Below, in pieces: positions 9,064 to 18,400 of a DNA stretch of 32,000 nucleotides. Below the pieces are notes generated by a model. The model was not told the origin of the DNA. It did no database searches and saw nothing but the letters and a program-made list of their open reading frames with translations. Numbering within the stretch: the first letter of the stretch is position 1; the number at the start of each line of letters is the position of its first letter. This stretch comes from Edaphobacter aggregans (GTDB lineage: Bacteria > Acidobacteriota > Terriglobia > Terriglobales > Acidobacteriaceae): contig NZ_RSDW01000001.1 of NCBI RefSeq assembly GCF_003945235.1, positions 5,640,001-5,672,000 on the forward strand, written 5' to 3'. The translations under genes and the position numbers were made by a program.

Positions 9064-12000
9064 CTACTCCACGGTGAGAGATACGGTGGTACTACGAATC
9101 AGGCTCCCACTAGTCCCAGTGACGGTGATGACGTAGGTCTGCTGCGGCAGCGAGAAATAGCCGCCTTCGCCACATCCAGTCATTGCACTGAAACTCGTCA
9201 AACCGATCAGCAGCCATAGCAACAGTCGATACGGCTTGTATCGGTATCGCTTGATAAGAGTCAGAGGCAATAGCAGTAATGCCAACACGGCTGGCCCTAT
9301 ACGGCTGGTGCGCGATGCCATGCTGCTCTGCTGGGGAACGGTAACGGTAAAGGTCGTATTCGCTCCTGATGCGCCTGGCGTCACGGCTGCCGGAGTAAAG
9401 GTATACGTTGCGCCCGGGGGCAGATTGGAGGCGCTCATCGTGACGAGATCGTTGAACGGACTGCTTACCGGGCTGACGATGATGTTGTAGTTTGCGGCGG
9501 CCCCCGGCGGGATCGTCTGCGGACCCGTGCTGGATGCGACCTTGAAATCCGCTGTAATTACTTGTGAGAGGCCGCTGGCACTTGATCCAAGGAAGTTGGC
9601 ATCGCCACTGTAGGTTGCAGTAATGGCATGCGTCCCCGCAGGTAATGTCGAAACAGAGAGGGTGGCTACACCGCTGGCGTTTATCGTCACTGTCCCGATC
9701 GCTACGCCATCGGCGTAGAACGTCACTGTTCCGGTCGGGGCGCCGGTGGTGTTCGGGACGACCTGAGCGGTGAAGGTGACCGGCTCTCCAACCGAGACTG
9801 AAGGATTGCTGGTCACCAAGGTCGTTGTTGTGGGCGCCTTTTGGATGTTGATAGTTTGCGTCGTAGTGTCGGGATTGAAGTTCGTATCTCCGGGATAGAT
9901 CACTTCAATCGTGTGCGGTCCCGGAGGCAGGTTTCCTGGCAACATAGCCTGGCCATTGGCATTAAGCGGAAGCATCATCGGCGGTCCGCCATCAATGATG
10001 ACTATTATCGTTCCCGTTGGTATGTGGGGATTCATCGAGTCGCCCGACTTTACCTCGATGAAGATAGGATCGCCATAAGGCGGCGAGGGCGGTGTTACCT
10101 CGATGACGACAGGCGATTTGATGGCCGTCACCGTCAGCGTGCCTGGCACAAACTCGATCACATAGTTGGCAGATACCAGACCACTCACCGTAATCGGATA
10201 GGTGCCCGGCGGTGAACTTGCCTCCGCTGTTGTCGCGAACTGCGCGGTTCCTGTTATTGCAGTCGCAGCGGTATCTCCATTCACCAGGGTACCTGTCACG
10301 GTGTATGTGAATGGCGGATTTGCCTCTCCCACATTCCGTTGCTTATTGTCCGCCGTTACTGTTAGAGCTGGGCCGCCATTTGGTGCTGTCTTCTTGGTTA
10401 CGGTCACCTCGACGACATTGCTCCGACTGCCTCCGTAGTTTGCATCGCCGGTATATGCAGCCGTGATCGGGTAGGGGCCTCCCACGGGCAACGCGGTGGT
10501 ATTCAGCTTTGCCAGACCACTGGTCGAAACGGTAACGGGACTACCAGGGATGGCCACAATATCGTTCAGAAAAGTCACGCTTCCCGTTGCGCCGGAAGGG
10601 TCGACCGTTGCCTGTAATGTCAGCGTGTCGCCATACATCACCGTCACGTTTGCAGCCTGGCTGTTTGCAGTCAGCGCGGTCGTCGATGTACCGATCACAT
10701 TCCGCAGAGTGAAGGTGACGGAGTTCGATCCAACTGGGAGGCCTACTCCGGTGGAGATCACACTAAACGTCCCGTCCGTATGATTCGCCGTTACCGAATC
10801 ATTCGCCGTGCCATCGTGCATGGCCGTCGTCGTTCCCGATGCCAATGTCCCCAACGCTCCCGTAGGGCCCGGCACCTCAGTAAAGGTCACCGTTACGTTT
10901 GGCACCGGATTATTGTTCGCATCAGTTATCAACACGACGAGGGGCAGAGCAAATGGCGCATTAATCGTCCCGTCCTGGTTATTGCCCTTGACGATCGTGA
11001 TATTGGCCGGACTACCGATGACAATCTGCTGCAGACTGTTCGTGCTGCCGCCGAAGTCTGACGAAGGATCGGGAATGAATGTGGCCACGATGGTATGCGG
11101 TGGCCCTGCCGACAATGAATTTGTCATGCACGTGGCCGTTCCGTTTGAGACGATGGCAGTGCAAAGCACAGTACTGCCATCGGAGAACTGGACCGTCCCA
11201 CTGGGAACGGGGTTCTGCGAGCTGTCGACGACATTTGCAGTAAATGTAACGTTTGTCCCTTCAGGGACGCCGGCGGGCATATCCGAAGTAACGGTCGTTG
11301 TCGTGGCGGTGGGCACGACGACGAGATATAGCGTCTGAATGTTGCCAATCCTTACTCCGTCGTCAAAGCTCGATGTGGTCTCGGGAGTGTCATCCTGTGC
11401 AAATGCGTAGAGAATATATTCTCCGGGTGCCAGTGGAGACCCGATCGTCGTGGTGAACGTAGCTGAACTTCCGTTCGCAGTAAGTGCGGTTGCCGCCGTC
11501 CATGTTCCCTGTCGTGTATCTACCTGGTAGTAGAGATTCGTTATTAGAGGTGGGGGCGGAAGAGGCGGGGGCGAAAACCTGCTGCTTGCTGTAAATGTAA
11601 AACTAGGTTGCCGGTTCGTCGTCACGAGTGCTGGGACGGTGCTGAGGTTCCGGCTATCGGGCATCACCTGGATGGAAGTGTCCAGCTTCGCATCCTCCAG
11701 GTCTGCTTCCGAGATCACTATCACGCTGCTTGTGCCAGACGCCACATAGGCCCGGCCAGTCGTGGGATTGACCGACACAGCATAGAGACCGCTGCTACCG
11801 TTAACAGCACGGATAGTCCTCGTGCTATTCGTCGCCCCATCGATGATGGTGACATTGCCGCTACCGGAGTTCACCACGTAAATTTTGTTGGAGCTGACAT
11901 TGATTGAGATCGCGGTTGGATTGCTGCCCACGGTGACTGTGGTTGGTGTGCCTGTCGGGTTTGTCCCGTCGATCACGGCGACAGTGCCATCAGAGGACAC

Positions 12001-13986
12001 CACGTAGATTTTCCTCGTGGCAGGGTTAATCGCAATCGCCACCGGACTCGTATGTACTGGAACAGAAACCGGGGCAGCGGTGAGGTTGGACCCGTTGATG
12101 ACCGAAACTATGCTGCCACCCGAATTTGCGACATAGATATTGTTTGCCGCTGTATCAACAGCGATTGCATTCGACGGGGATCCCACGCTTACTGATGTGG
12201 TTCCATTCGTCACTCCATCGATCACGGTGACGTTATTGCTACCGGTGTTTGCCACGTAGACCTTGTTTCCCGCTGGATCAACCGCTACAGCAGAGGGAGT
12301 GCCGCCCACTGTGATCGGTGTTGGGGTCGCCACGGTGGTTCCGTTAATGATGGTGATAGTGCCGTCGCCAGAGTTCGCCACATAGGCATCGGCTGTCGCG
12401 GGATTAACCGCGATAGCTGTAGGATTGCTGCCCACAGGAAGCGTTACTGGTGTAGCCGCAAGGTTTGATCCATCTATTGCTGAAACACTGTTACTGCCCT
12501 GATTGAGAACGTAGGTTGTGTCCGTCGCGGCATTGATTGCGACCGCGATTGGATTATTGCCTACAGGAATCGTCGGACTGAGGGCGGTGTCAGAGGGTCC
12601 GGTCAGCCCATCGATCACCGTGACGCTGCCCGGCGTGTTCCCTCCCTGGCTGCTTGCCACGTAGATCTGTTTGGTGCTGGGATTCACGGCTACAGCGGCA
12701 GGAGTGCTGGCCACGGAGATCGGAGCAGACGTATTTGTCGCCGCATCGATAGCAGAGACGCCGCCGTCCAAGTTGGCTACATAGACCTTGTTGGTTGCGG
12801 CGTTTACTGCCAGCCCGATTGGCCGACTTCCCACACTAAACGAGGCCTTCGGTGCCGTTGGATTATTCCCGTCAATCACTGTGACTGCAGCGCCGTTGCC
12901 ATTGGTTATATAGACCTTGTTCGTCAGAACATTCAATGACAGGGCAAAAGAGTTTATTCCTGTTGCCCCGGCAAGCTGCGTTGAAGTGTTGTAGCTTCCA
13001 TCGACCACCGTAGCAGTGGTGTCACCACCATTTGTGACGTAGATCAAGTTCGTAATGGGATTTACCGCCAGCGCTGCAGGATCCGTTCCTGCTGTTAGCA
13101 GTGCAATGACATTGGGAGGTGTTGTTGTCGTGGCCCCTTGAATCACTACAACATTTCTACTTTGGCCGTTGGCGAGATATATCTTATTGGTGATTGGATT
13201 TACGGCGACCGCAGCGGGGGAAGACCCAGACTGGCTGAGCGTGTAGTTGTACTGAGGACTATTCCGGCTCCCATCGATTACCGTAATAGTATTGTCTCCC
13301 TGATTCCCCACATAAACGAAGTTCGTCACCGAGTTCACGGCAACCGCATAAGGATTCACTCCGGCCGTTAGTATTGTGGCATCTGGGATGCTGGCTTTGT
13401 TGCTGCCGTCGATTACCGATACATTATTGGACGAATAGTTTGTGACATAAATCAGGTGAGATACAGGGTTCACAGCAACACCACGGGGGCTCGTACCCAC
13501 CCGGACATTCGCGATAACAGAATCATTCGACCCATCGATCACTGTGACATAGGGCACACCCGGACTTCCGCTTACCGCTGCGCCGCCATCGGTCACATAG
13601 ATCAGGTTCATCACTGGGTCTATGGCTACAGCGCTGCAATGTGCGCCACTAACGCCAGGCGTAAGTTCATTGAGGACCCGGTTAGTTGCTCCATCGATCA
13701 CCGTGATGGTCCCGCCAAGATTCGCCACGTAGGCTTTATTCGTGACGATGTTCACCGCTACGCCGTATGGACTCACTCCTGCGGTGGAAATAAACGTAGA
13801 CGTCTGTCCGTATGCACTCGTCACTGAGAGCATTCCTGCCAGGGCCAGCAGCAAGCCCATCGCTAGAGCCGATAGCAAGGATGTATGACTGTCGCGGCTA
13901 CCCGTCCCGACCGATAGCCACTTCCTAAGAGCAACGTGCGAAGAAACCAGACGGGCAGCGATCACATGCGCCTCCAAAGAGCACAT
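9064..13986 (-). CDS. Giant secreted surface protein: about 16 YVTN beta-propeller repeats, a proline-rich linker, several bacterial Ig-like (group 3 type) domains, an MBG domain and a C-terminal double hydrophobic anchor.
   Basis: Uninterrupted 1640-codon ORF. Signal peptide around ...LLSALAMGLLLALAGMLSVTSAYGQ (the true start may be internal). Repeats of the form xxYVANxGxxxVTVIDGxTN. SPPPLPPPPL linker. Ig-like modules ending in YxGDxNFxGS. MBG-like block ADNKQRNVGEANPPFTYTVTGTLVNGDTAATAITG...GTYPITVSGLVSANYVIEFVPGTLTVT. Confidence 0.93.
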   Translation of the reverse strand: MCSLEAHVIAARLVSSHVALRKWLSVGTGSRDSHTSLLSALAMGLLLALAGMLSVTSAYGQTSTFISTAGVSPYGVAVNIVTNKAYVANLGGTITVIDGATNRVLNELTPGVSGAHCSAVAIDPVMNLIYVTDGGAAVSGSPGVPYVTVIDGSNDSVIANVRVGTSPRGVAVNPVSHLIYVTNYSSNNVSVIDGSNKASIPDATILTAGVNPYAVAVNSVTNFVYVGNQGDNTITVIDGSRNSPQYNYTLSQSGSSPAAVAVNPITNKIYLANGQSRNVVVIQGATTTTPPNVIALLTAGTDPAALAVNPITNLIYVTNGGDTTATVVDGSYNTSTQLAGATGINSFALSLNVLTNKVYITNGNGAAVTVIDGNNPTAPKASFSVGSRPIGLAVNAATNKVYVANLDGGVSAIDAATNTSAPISVASTPAAVAVNPSTKQIYVASSQGGNTPGSVTVIDGLTGPSDTALSPTIPVGNNPIAVAINAATDTTYVLNQGSNSVSAIDGSNLAATPVTLPVGSNPTAIAVNPATADAYVANSGDGTITIINGTTVATPTPITVGGTPSAVAVDPAGNKVYVANTGSNNVTVIDGVTNGTTSVSVGSPSNAIAVDTAANNIYVANSGGSIVSVINGSNLTAAPVSVPVHTSPVAIAINPATRKIYVVSSDGTVAVIDGTNPTGTPTTVTVGSNPTAISINVSSNKIYVVNSGSGNVTIIDGATNSTRTIRAVNGSSGLYAVSVNPTTGRAYVASGTSSVIVISEADLEDAKLDTSIQVMPDSRNLSTVPALVTTNRQPSFTFTASSRFSPPPLPPPPLITNLYYQVDTRQGTWTAATALTANGSSATFTTTIGSPLAPGEYILYAFAQDDTPETTSSFDDGVRIGNIQTLYLVVVPTATTTTVTSDMPAGVPEGTNVTFTANVVDSSQNPVPSGTVQFSDGSTVLCTAIVSNGTATCMTNSLSAGPPHTIVATFIPDPSSDFGGSTNSLQQIVIGSPANITIVKGNNQDGTINAPFALPLVVLITDANNNPVPNVTVTFTEVPGPTGALGTLASGTTTAMHDGTANDSVTANHTDGTFSVISTGVGLPVGSNSVTFTLRNVIGTSTTALTANSQAANVTVMYGDTLTLQATVDPSGATGSVTFLNDIVAIPGSPVTVSTSGLAKLNTTALPVGGPYPITAAYTGDANYGGSRSNVVEVTVTKKTAPNGGPALTVTADNKQRNVGEANPPFTYTVTGTLVNGDTAATAITGTAQFATTAEASSPPGTYPITVSGLVSANYVIEFVPGTLTVTAIKSPVVIEVTPPSPPYGDPIFIEVKSGDSMNPHIPTGTIIVIIDGGPPMMLPLNANGQAMLPGNLPPGPHTIEVIYPGDTNFNPDTTTQTINIQKAPTTTTLVTSNPSVSVGEPVTFTAQVVPNTTGAPTGTVTFYADGVAIGTVTINASGVATLSVSTLPAGTHAITATYSGDANFLGSSASGLSQVITADFKVASSTGPQTIPPGAAANYNIIVSPVSSPFNDLVTMSASNLPPGATYTFTPAAVTPGASGANTTFTVTVPQQSSMASRTSRIGPAVLALLLLPLTLIKRYRYKPYRLLLWLLIGLTSFSAMTGCGEGGYFSLPQQTYVITVTGTSGSLIRSTTVSLTVE
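11700..13800 (-). repeat. Coding tandem repeat region (about 16 units of about 40-45 codons, YVTN-family propeller blades).
   Basis: Periodic protein motif Y(V/L)(A/T)N...(V/I)(T/S)VIDG...N, counted 16 times in residues about 65-760 of the giant ORF. Repeats are diverged at DNA level. Confidence 0.85.
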
Positions 13987-14549
13987 TGGGAACTAAGTTC
14001 CTAGATTGGCCCAAAGACATTTCCGGCTAAGATTGGGGATTTCTACTCGTGCTCACAGACTGAGTGCGTTCGAAGGAAAGTTGATCACGCGGCCTTGCGC
14101 GGTTTCTGCGCCATTTCCTCTCTCAGGCACAGCGGATGGCGGTTAATTCTCAAGAGAATAAAAGTACCGTTTCGTATATTTGTCAAGGCAGTATGGTTAG
14201 GGCACGATGAAATTCACCATACCGGGCAGCTTCGTAAAGAATCGTTCTCCCTCACTTACACCTTCTGGAACAACGCAGTCATCGATTTTGATTGTCTATT
14301 TTCACTGGATTACGGCGCTTCCCCAGAACCGTCCTGAGGAATCCCTTCCGCTTGAATATGAAGATCGATCGGAATATCAGTGCCAACAGCTTTAGCGCTC
14401 ATCGAGCCATGCGGATGGACCGACATCTTCAGTAGGTTGCCGTAAAACCGGCTATCCGTTGAAGTGCTTGTGATGTAGTTCATGGCTCCCAACTGTACGA
14501 GATGCCGACTTTCCGGCAACTTGAACTAGGAGCGAATCGGTAAACAGAA

Positions 14550-14577
14550 GGCGACATTCCGGTACTAATCTGTCGCC
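14550..14577 (-). terminator. Possible terminator hairpin downstream of the NTF2-like gene.
   Basis: GGCGACA - 14 nt loop - TGTCGCC (7 bp perfect stem). On the minus strand it is followed by TTCTGTTT. Lies about 190 nt after the stop at 14766. Confidence 0.3.
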
Positions 14578-14765
14578 GGCGGGTGATTTGGCGATTTGGC
14601 ACTCGTCGAGATTGAACAATTGCTTGACTCAAGAAAAGCGCGTTAGCCGTTACCCATCCGCTGACGAGAATGGATAAGGCCGGACTGGCTGGTTCGCAAC
14701 AGCAGTTCGGCAGGTATCTAACGGCGCTACTGCGCTTCAGCGACGTTTCCATCCAAGCGAAGGCC

Positions 14766-15143
14766 TTATTCCGTCGACGGGACCGGCGGAGTTCCACTAT
14801 CGATGAAGGTGTAAAACACAGCAACACGGCCGTCGCGTTCCTCCAGAACGTCCGTACCTGTATAGCGGAACGGTTGGTCAGGAAGTCCGCTCCCCCAACG
14901 GCACATCCCGACATTGTGCATCGTGTGAATATCGCCAACCACCTTGTAACGATACTCCGGGATACTCTTACGAATTTCCGACGCTGCTTCATTGATCGCC
15001 GCAATGCCGACCAGGCGGCCACCCGGGTGTATCCATACGCAATCTTCCGTATAAGCATTGCGCATCATGGCTTCGCGCTTCACTGGATCAACTTCGATGA
15101 AGATCTCATCGAAGTTGTGGTGCATCAGTTCTGCAGCTGTCAT
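14766..15143 (-). CDS. NTF2-like (SnoaL/DUF4440-type) small protein.
   Basis: Start set at the internal ATG (MTAAELMHHNFDEIFIEVDP...), preceded by an AAGGGGGAG Shine-Dalgarno. About 125 aa, with the alpha+beta cone pattern typical of NTF2-like proteins. The longer track ORF (to 15344) has no better support. Confidence 0.72.
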   Translation of the reverse strand: MTAAELMHHNFDEIFIEVDPVKREAMMRNAYTEDCVWIHPGGRLVGIAAINEAASEIRKSIPEYRYKVVGDIHTMHNVGMCRWGSGLPDQPFRYTGTDVLEERDGRVAVFYTFIDSGTPPVPSTE

Positions 15144-15274
15144 CTTCTCCCCCTTGTTTCTCTTTGCCAGTGTAACGATCTTTCCTTCGAGCTTCCCGGC
15201 CATTCTTCCTATGGCATTTCTCTCAGGATACTTAGGAGGAACGAGAATGGCTTGTACGAAACGGCTACCATAGT

Positions 15275-16246
15275 ATGAAAACGCTATGGGCGAGAGCCGC
15301 AAAAGGAGGACGACAGATGCAGGTTTCTGCGGGATCGGACACATTTGAGTTTCGTTCTTCGCACGGTATGAAGGCGGCGCACAGCAGACTTCGAACCTTC
15401 GCGGGCATAGCGGTTCGTCACCTGCAACACTTCAACTACCCAGGTCGTGCCTGGCACGATTTGTCGGGTCCGCAAGACACGCTCACAGTTGTGCTCGCGG
15501 AGATAGGCGGCAGATGTGAGGCCCGCACAAATCTGCATCGCCCCGCTGCCCTGCAACGTCAACGGCCTAATCACATCAGTTTTGTCCCGGCAGAGATCAG
15601 GGTCTGGGGCTATACGGACAACATGGAGTCTGTACGCGAACTTCGCCTGAGCTTTGACAGGAAATCTCTGAGAGATTGGTTCGGCCCCGATCTGGACCCG
15701 GGCAAAGCAAGAAATCCTGAGCTGATGTTTCATGACAAGAGAGCAGTCGAGTGCGCGCGACTCCTTGCTGCCGCATGTGACGCATCCGCCCCGAGTACAG
15801 GATTGTACGGAGAAGGACTCACGATCGCCCTCCTGAGCGCCTGCTTCCAGGGGCGACCACCCAAAAGGAACTCTGGACTATCGGTCTCACAACTCCGTCT
15901 CGTTCTCGACTTCATCCACGAGCATCTCGATTTGTCCGTTTCTGTTTTCCAGCTTGCCCGTCTGGTCGACCTGTCATCCTCGCAATTTGCGAGGATGTTC
16001 AAGGCGTCTACAGGAGTATCCCCGCATCGTTATCAGCTGAACACTCGGATCGGCAAAGCTCAGGAGCTACTGCTGACTAAACGAGAGAGCCCTTCCATGG
16101 TGGCTGTGGCAACAGGTTTTGCAGATCAGAGCCACTTCACACGGACGTTCAAGAGGGTTACTGGAGCTACACCACACGAGTGGCAACAGAATCGCACCCC
16201 TAGAGGATGGGATATGGCGACTTTAGTGAGATTCGGGTCGATTTAG
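15275..16246 (+). CDS. AraC family transcriptional regulator.
   Basis: C-terminal HTH_18 signature: LSVSVFQLARLVDLSSSQFARMFKASTGVSPHRYQLNTRIGKAQELLL...VATGFADQSHFTRTFKRVTGATPHEW. Divergent from the NTF2-like gene. Exact start uncertain (15275 or ATG at 15317). Confidence 0.88.
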   Translation: MKTLWARAAKGGRQMQVSAGSDTFEFRSSHGMKAAHSRLRTFAGIAVRHLQHFNYPGRAWHDLSGPQDTLTVVLAEIGGRCEARTNLHRPAALQRQRPNHISFVPAEIRVWGYTDNMESVRELRLSFDRKSLRDWFGPDLDPGKARNPELMFHDKRAVECARLLAAACDASAPSTGLYGEGLTIALLSACFQGRPPKRNSGLSVSQLRLVLDFIHEHLDLSVSVFQLARLVDLSSSQFARMFKASTGVSPHRYQLNTRIGKAQELLLTKRESPSMVAVATGFADQSHFTRTFKRVTGATPHEWQQNRTPRGWDMATLVRFGSI

Positions 16247-16333
16247 AATGGCCTTGAAAGAGAGGAAACAAGGACGGCGTTCGAAGCGCGTCCCATCGCT
16301 TCCATTGGACAGTCGAGAGCTAGCCTATTTTTG

Positions 16334-17092
16334 TCAGATCCTACCTGATGACAACCAGTGCTCAAGTCGATCCGCGTAGGTGCGGCTCGAGCGATGCTCC
16401 GAGCCGTCCGAAAGCTTCACCGTGAACTCGCGGTTCTCGATGGATCGCAGCTCCAGTATGCCTTTGGACTGCACAATTCGGGAGCGGTGTATGCGGATAA
16501 ACTTTGCTGGGTCGAGCCTCTGTTCGAGAGACGCCATCGTCTCGCGTAACAGGTAAGAACGACCGTTGACGTGGAGTTCAACATAGTCACCAGCAGCCCC
16601 AATCCACTCAACATCCTCCGCAATGACGATTTGAATGCGGGATCCAGCTTGCACGGTGAACCGGGACGCAAATCCATCTGAGGTGCGGTCCAGCATTTTA
16701 ATGACCCGCTGTGTCATGTCGGCCTTTAATTCGGAGTCGACCAGATCACGAGCTCGACTAACCGCTGCCGCGAAACGTGTGTCGTCCACCGGCTTCAAGA
16801 GGTAATGCAGAGCATGAACATCGAATGCCCGCAAAACATGTTGCTCATACGCTGTTAGAAAAATGACTGCGGGCAGGCCTTCAACAGGCAGGGCGCGCAG
16901 AACCTCAAAACCGTCCATACCCGGCATCTGGATGTCGAGGAACACAACATCGGGAGATCGTTCCAGAATTCTTTGCACTGCGGACTGCCCATCTGCGCAT
17001 TCCCCAACAATCTCGACATCCCTGAATTTGCGTAGCCTGAGAACGACGCCACGACGCGCCAAGGGCTCGTCGTCGACGATTAGAGCGCGCAC
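16334..17092 (-). CDS. LytTR/AlgR family response regulator.
   Basis: Receiver domain (MRALIVDDEPLARRG...VVFLDIQMPGMDGFEVL) plus a C-terminal LytTR DNA-binding domain (...DVEWIGAAGDYVELHVNGRSYLLRETMASLEQRLDPAKFIRIHRSRIV). Confidence 0.93.
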   Translation of the reverse strand: MRALIVDDEPLARRGVVLRLRKFRDVEIVGECADGQSAVQRILERSPDVVFLDIQMPGMDGFEVLRALPVEGLPAVIFLTAYEQHVLRAFDVHALHYLLKPVDDTRFAAAVSRARDLVDSELKADMTQRVIKMLDRTSDGFASRFTVQAGSRIQIVIAEDVEWIGAAGDYVELHVNGRSYLLRETMASLEQRLDPAKFIRIHRSRIVQSKGILELRSIENREFTVKLSDGSEHRSSRTYADRLEHWLSSGRI

Positions 17093-18165
17093 GGCGAAGC
17101 CTCCTGCAGGGCCCTAGTCCTGCGTAACGGCAATTCCAGCACGACCTCGCAACCGCCGGCTTCAGGCCAACCAAGCGAGAACTCAAAATTCGCCCCGTAA
17201 AGTGTTTTCAGACGCTCCGCCGTGTTTCCGAGACCAATTCCATTTCCATTCTTCTTCTGCTCGCCCTCACGCCGTCCGGAGTTCCCGACGACAATTCGCA
17301 ACCTGTCGGCATCGAGCGCGCTCTTGATCGCAATCCACCCACCTTCGATCAATGGCGCCACTCCATAGCGCACTGCGTTCTCAACCAGCGGTTGCAGCAA
17401 CATACTCGGCACTAGGGCATCCCGCGTTTCCGATGGAACGGCGATATCGATTCTTAGCCGCTCCCCCAGCCTTGTTTGCTCGATCGCCAGGTACCCTTCG
17501 GTAAAGGCCAATTCCTGAGAAAGCGTCACCTCCGCTGTGACTTCGGAATCCAGGCTTGTGCGCAGAAGATCTCCGATCTGCGCCAGCATCCGCGTGGCCG
17601 CAGGCGCATTTCCATCCAGAACGAGAGTGGAGACGGCATTGAGCGAATTGAAAAGGAAGTGTGGATTCAACTGATAGCGAAGTGCAAGCAGGCGCGCCTC
17701 TCTGACCTCGGACTCGGCGCGAAGCAGTCGCTCCTTCTCTTCGCTCGATTGCTGCCATTGCTTAATGCTGAAATACAAACTGCACCAGATAAAGAGAATG
17801 AACCAGGACCACATCGAAACTGCAACCAAAGCGTGCCAGGGTACGTGCTCGAAGGATTCCAAAATGAGGCAGGCTGCGCCGGCTACGGGAATTGATGTGA
17901 CCATGGCAGCCGCGGCTGCTTTCAATTCAAAAGCGATCCATGACTGCGACTGTCGCAGCAGCTGGCGGCAAAAAGGACGCAGCGCGCAACTTCCCAGGAA
18001 CATGAAGAAAATAGGCACCGTCTGTTCCCAGATCGACACACGCTGAGTCAAGAAGTTATGAATGGACTCCAAAAGGTTGAAGAGATAGAAGCAGCACCAC
18101 CCAACGATCTGGATCTGCCAAAATGACCGCAAATTCAGGACATTCTCTCGATTCATGCATTGCAT
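17080..18165 (-). CDS. Membrane sensor histidine kinase, LytS/YehU-like (His_kinase plus HATPase_c).
   Basis: Several N-terminal hydrophobic helices. LRYQLNPHFLFNSLNAVSTLV phosphoacceptor box; C-terminal ATPase motifs (LLQPLVENAVRYG, GNGIGLGNTAERL). Its 3' end overlaps the regulator start by 13 nt. Confidence 0.9.
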   Translation of the reverse strand: MQCMNRENVLNLRSFWQIQIVGWCCFYLFNLLESIHNFLTQRVSIWEQTVPIFFMFLGSCALRPFCRQLLRQSQSWIAFELKAAAAAMVTSIPVAGAACLILESFEHVPWHALVAVSMWSWFILFIWCSLYFSIKQWQQSSEEKERLLRAESEVREARLLALRYQLNPHFLFNSLNAVSTLVLDGNAPAATRMLAQIGDLLRTSLDSEVTAEVTLSQELAFTEGYLAIEQTRLGERLRIDIAVPSETRDALVPSMLLQPLVENAVRYGVAPLIEGGWIAIKSALDADRLRIVVGNSGRREGEQKKNGNGIGLGNTAERLKTLYGANFEFSLGWPEAGGCEVVLELPLRRTRALQEASPCAL

Positions 18166-18299
18166 TTTAGCCTAGGTGGAGTATCGGCATTCCACGGCCT
18201 GGCGCACAAAACCCTCGGCTCATCGCATTTTTCAATCGCCCGGCAGATTCACTCTAGCCGGTCAAGTTCATTGAGCTAGGCTCTGAACACCGCTCGAAG

Positions 18300-18315
18300 G
18301 TCGATGTAAATCGAC
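18300..18315. promoter_or_regulatory. Perfect palindrome in the kinase/HAF divergent intergenic region (candidate operator).
   Basis: GTCGAT-GTAA-ATCGAC, about 85 nt upstream of the HAF gene start. No known consensus is claimed. Confidence 0.2.
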
Positions 18316-18400
18316 GCTGCGGAGTTTAACCAACGCGACGCCTAAGCTTGAGCGAACGTGATTCAGGCGCGACGACTTTACCGGAGGAAAAGGAGAAGAT

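Noticed and set aside
11700-13800. The periodic signal was checked as a possible CRISPR or DNA tandem array.
   Set aside because: The periodicity is at protein level (YVTN blades) within one long ORF. The units are not near-identical at DNA level and there is no repeat-spacer organisation.
9236-13827. Series of plus-strand ORFs (9236, 9841, 10202, 10496, 10780, 10808, 11608, 13138, 13456 ...) inside the giant gene.
   Set aside because: All are antisense shadows of an uninterrupted 1640-codon ORF with clear domain content. Their translations are Arg/His/Val-rich with no recognisable motifs.
14480-15344. Long ORFs 14670..15278 (+), 14480..15058 (-) and the 192-aa version of 14766..15344 (-).
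   Set aside because: They overlap the NTF2-like gene. Only the frame starting at 15143 has a Shine-Dalgarno and a fold-like sequence; the others are shadow frames or unsupported N-terminal extensions.
16247-16333. Possible bidirectional terminator between the convergent AraC and LytTR genes (GGACGGCG..GCGCGTCC).
   Set aside because: The stem is imperfect (about 5 bp of clean pairing) and there is no T-run on either side.
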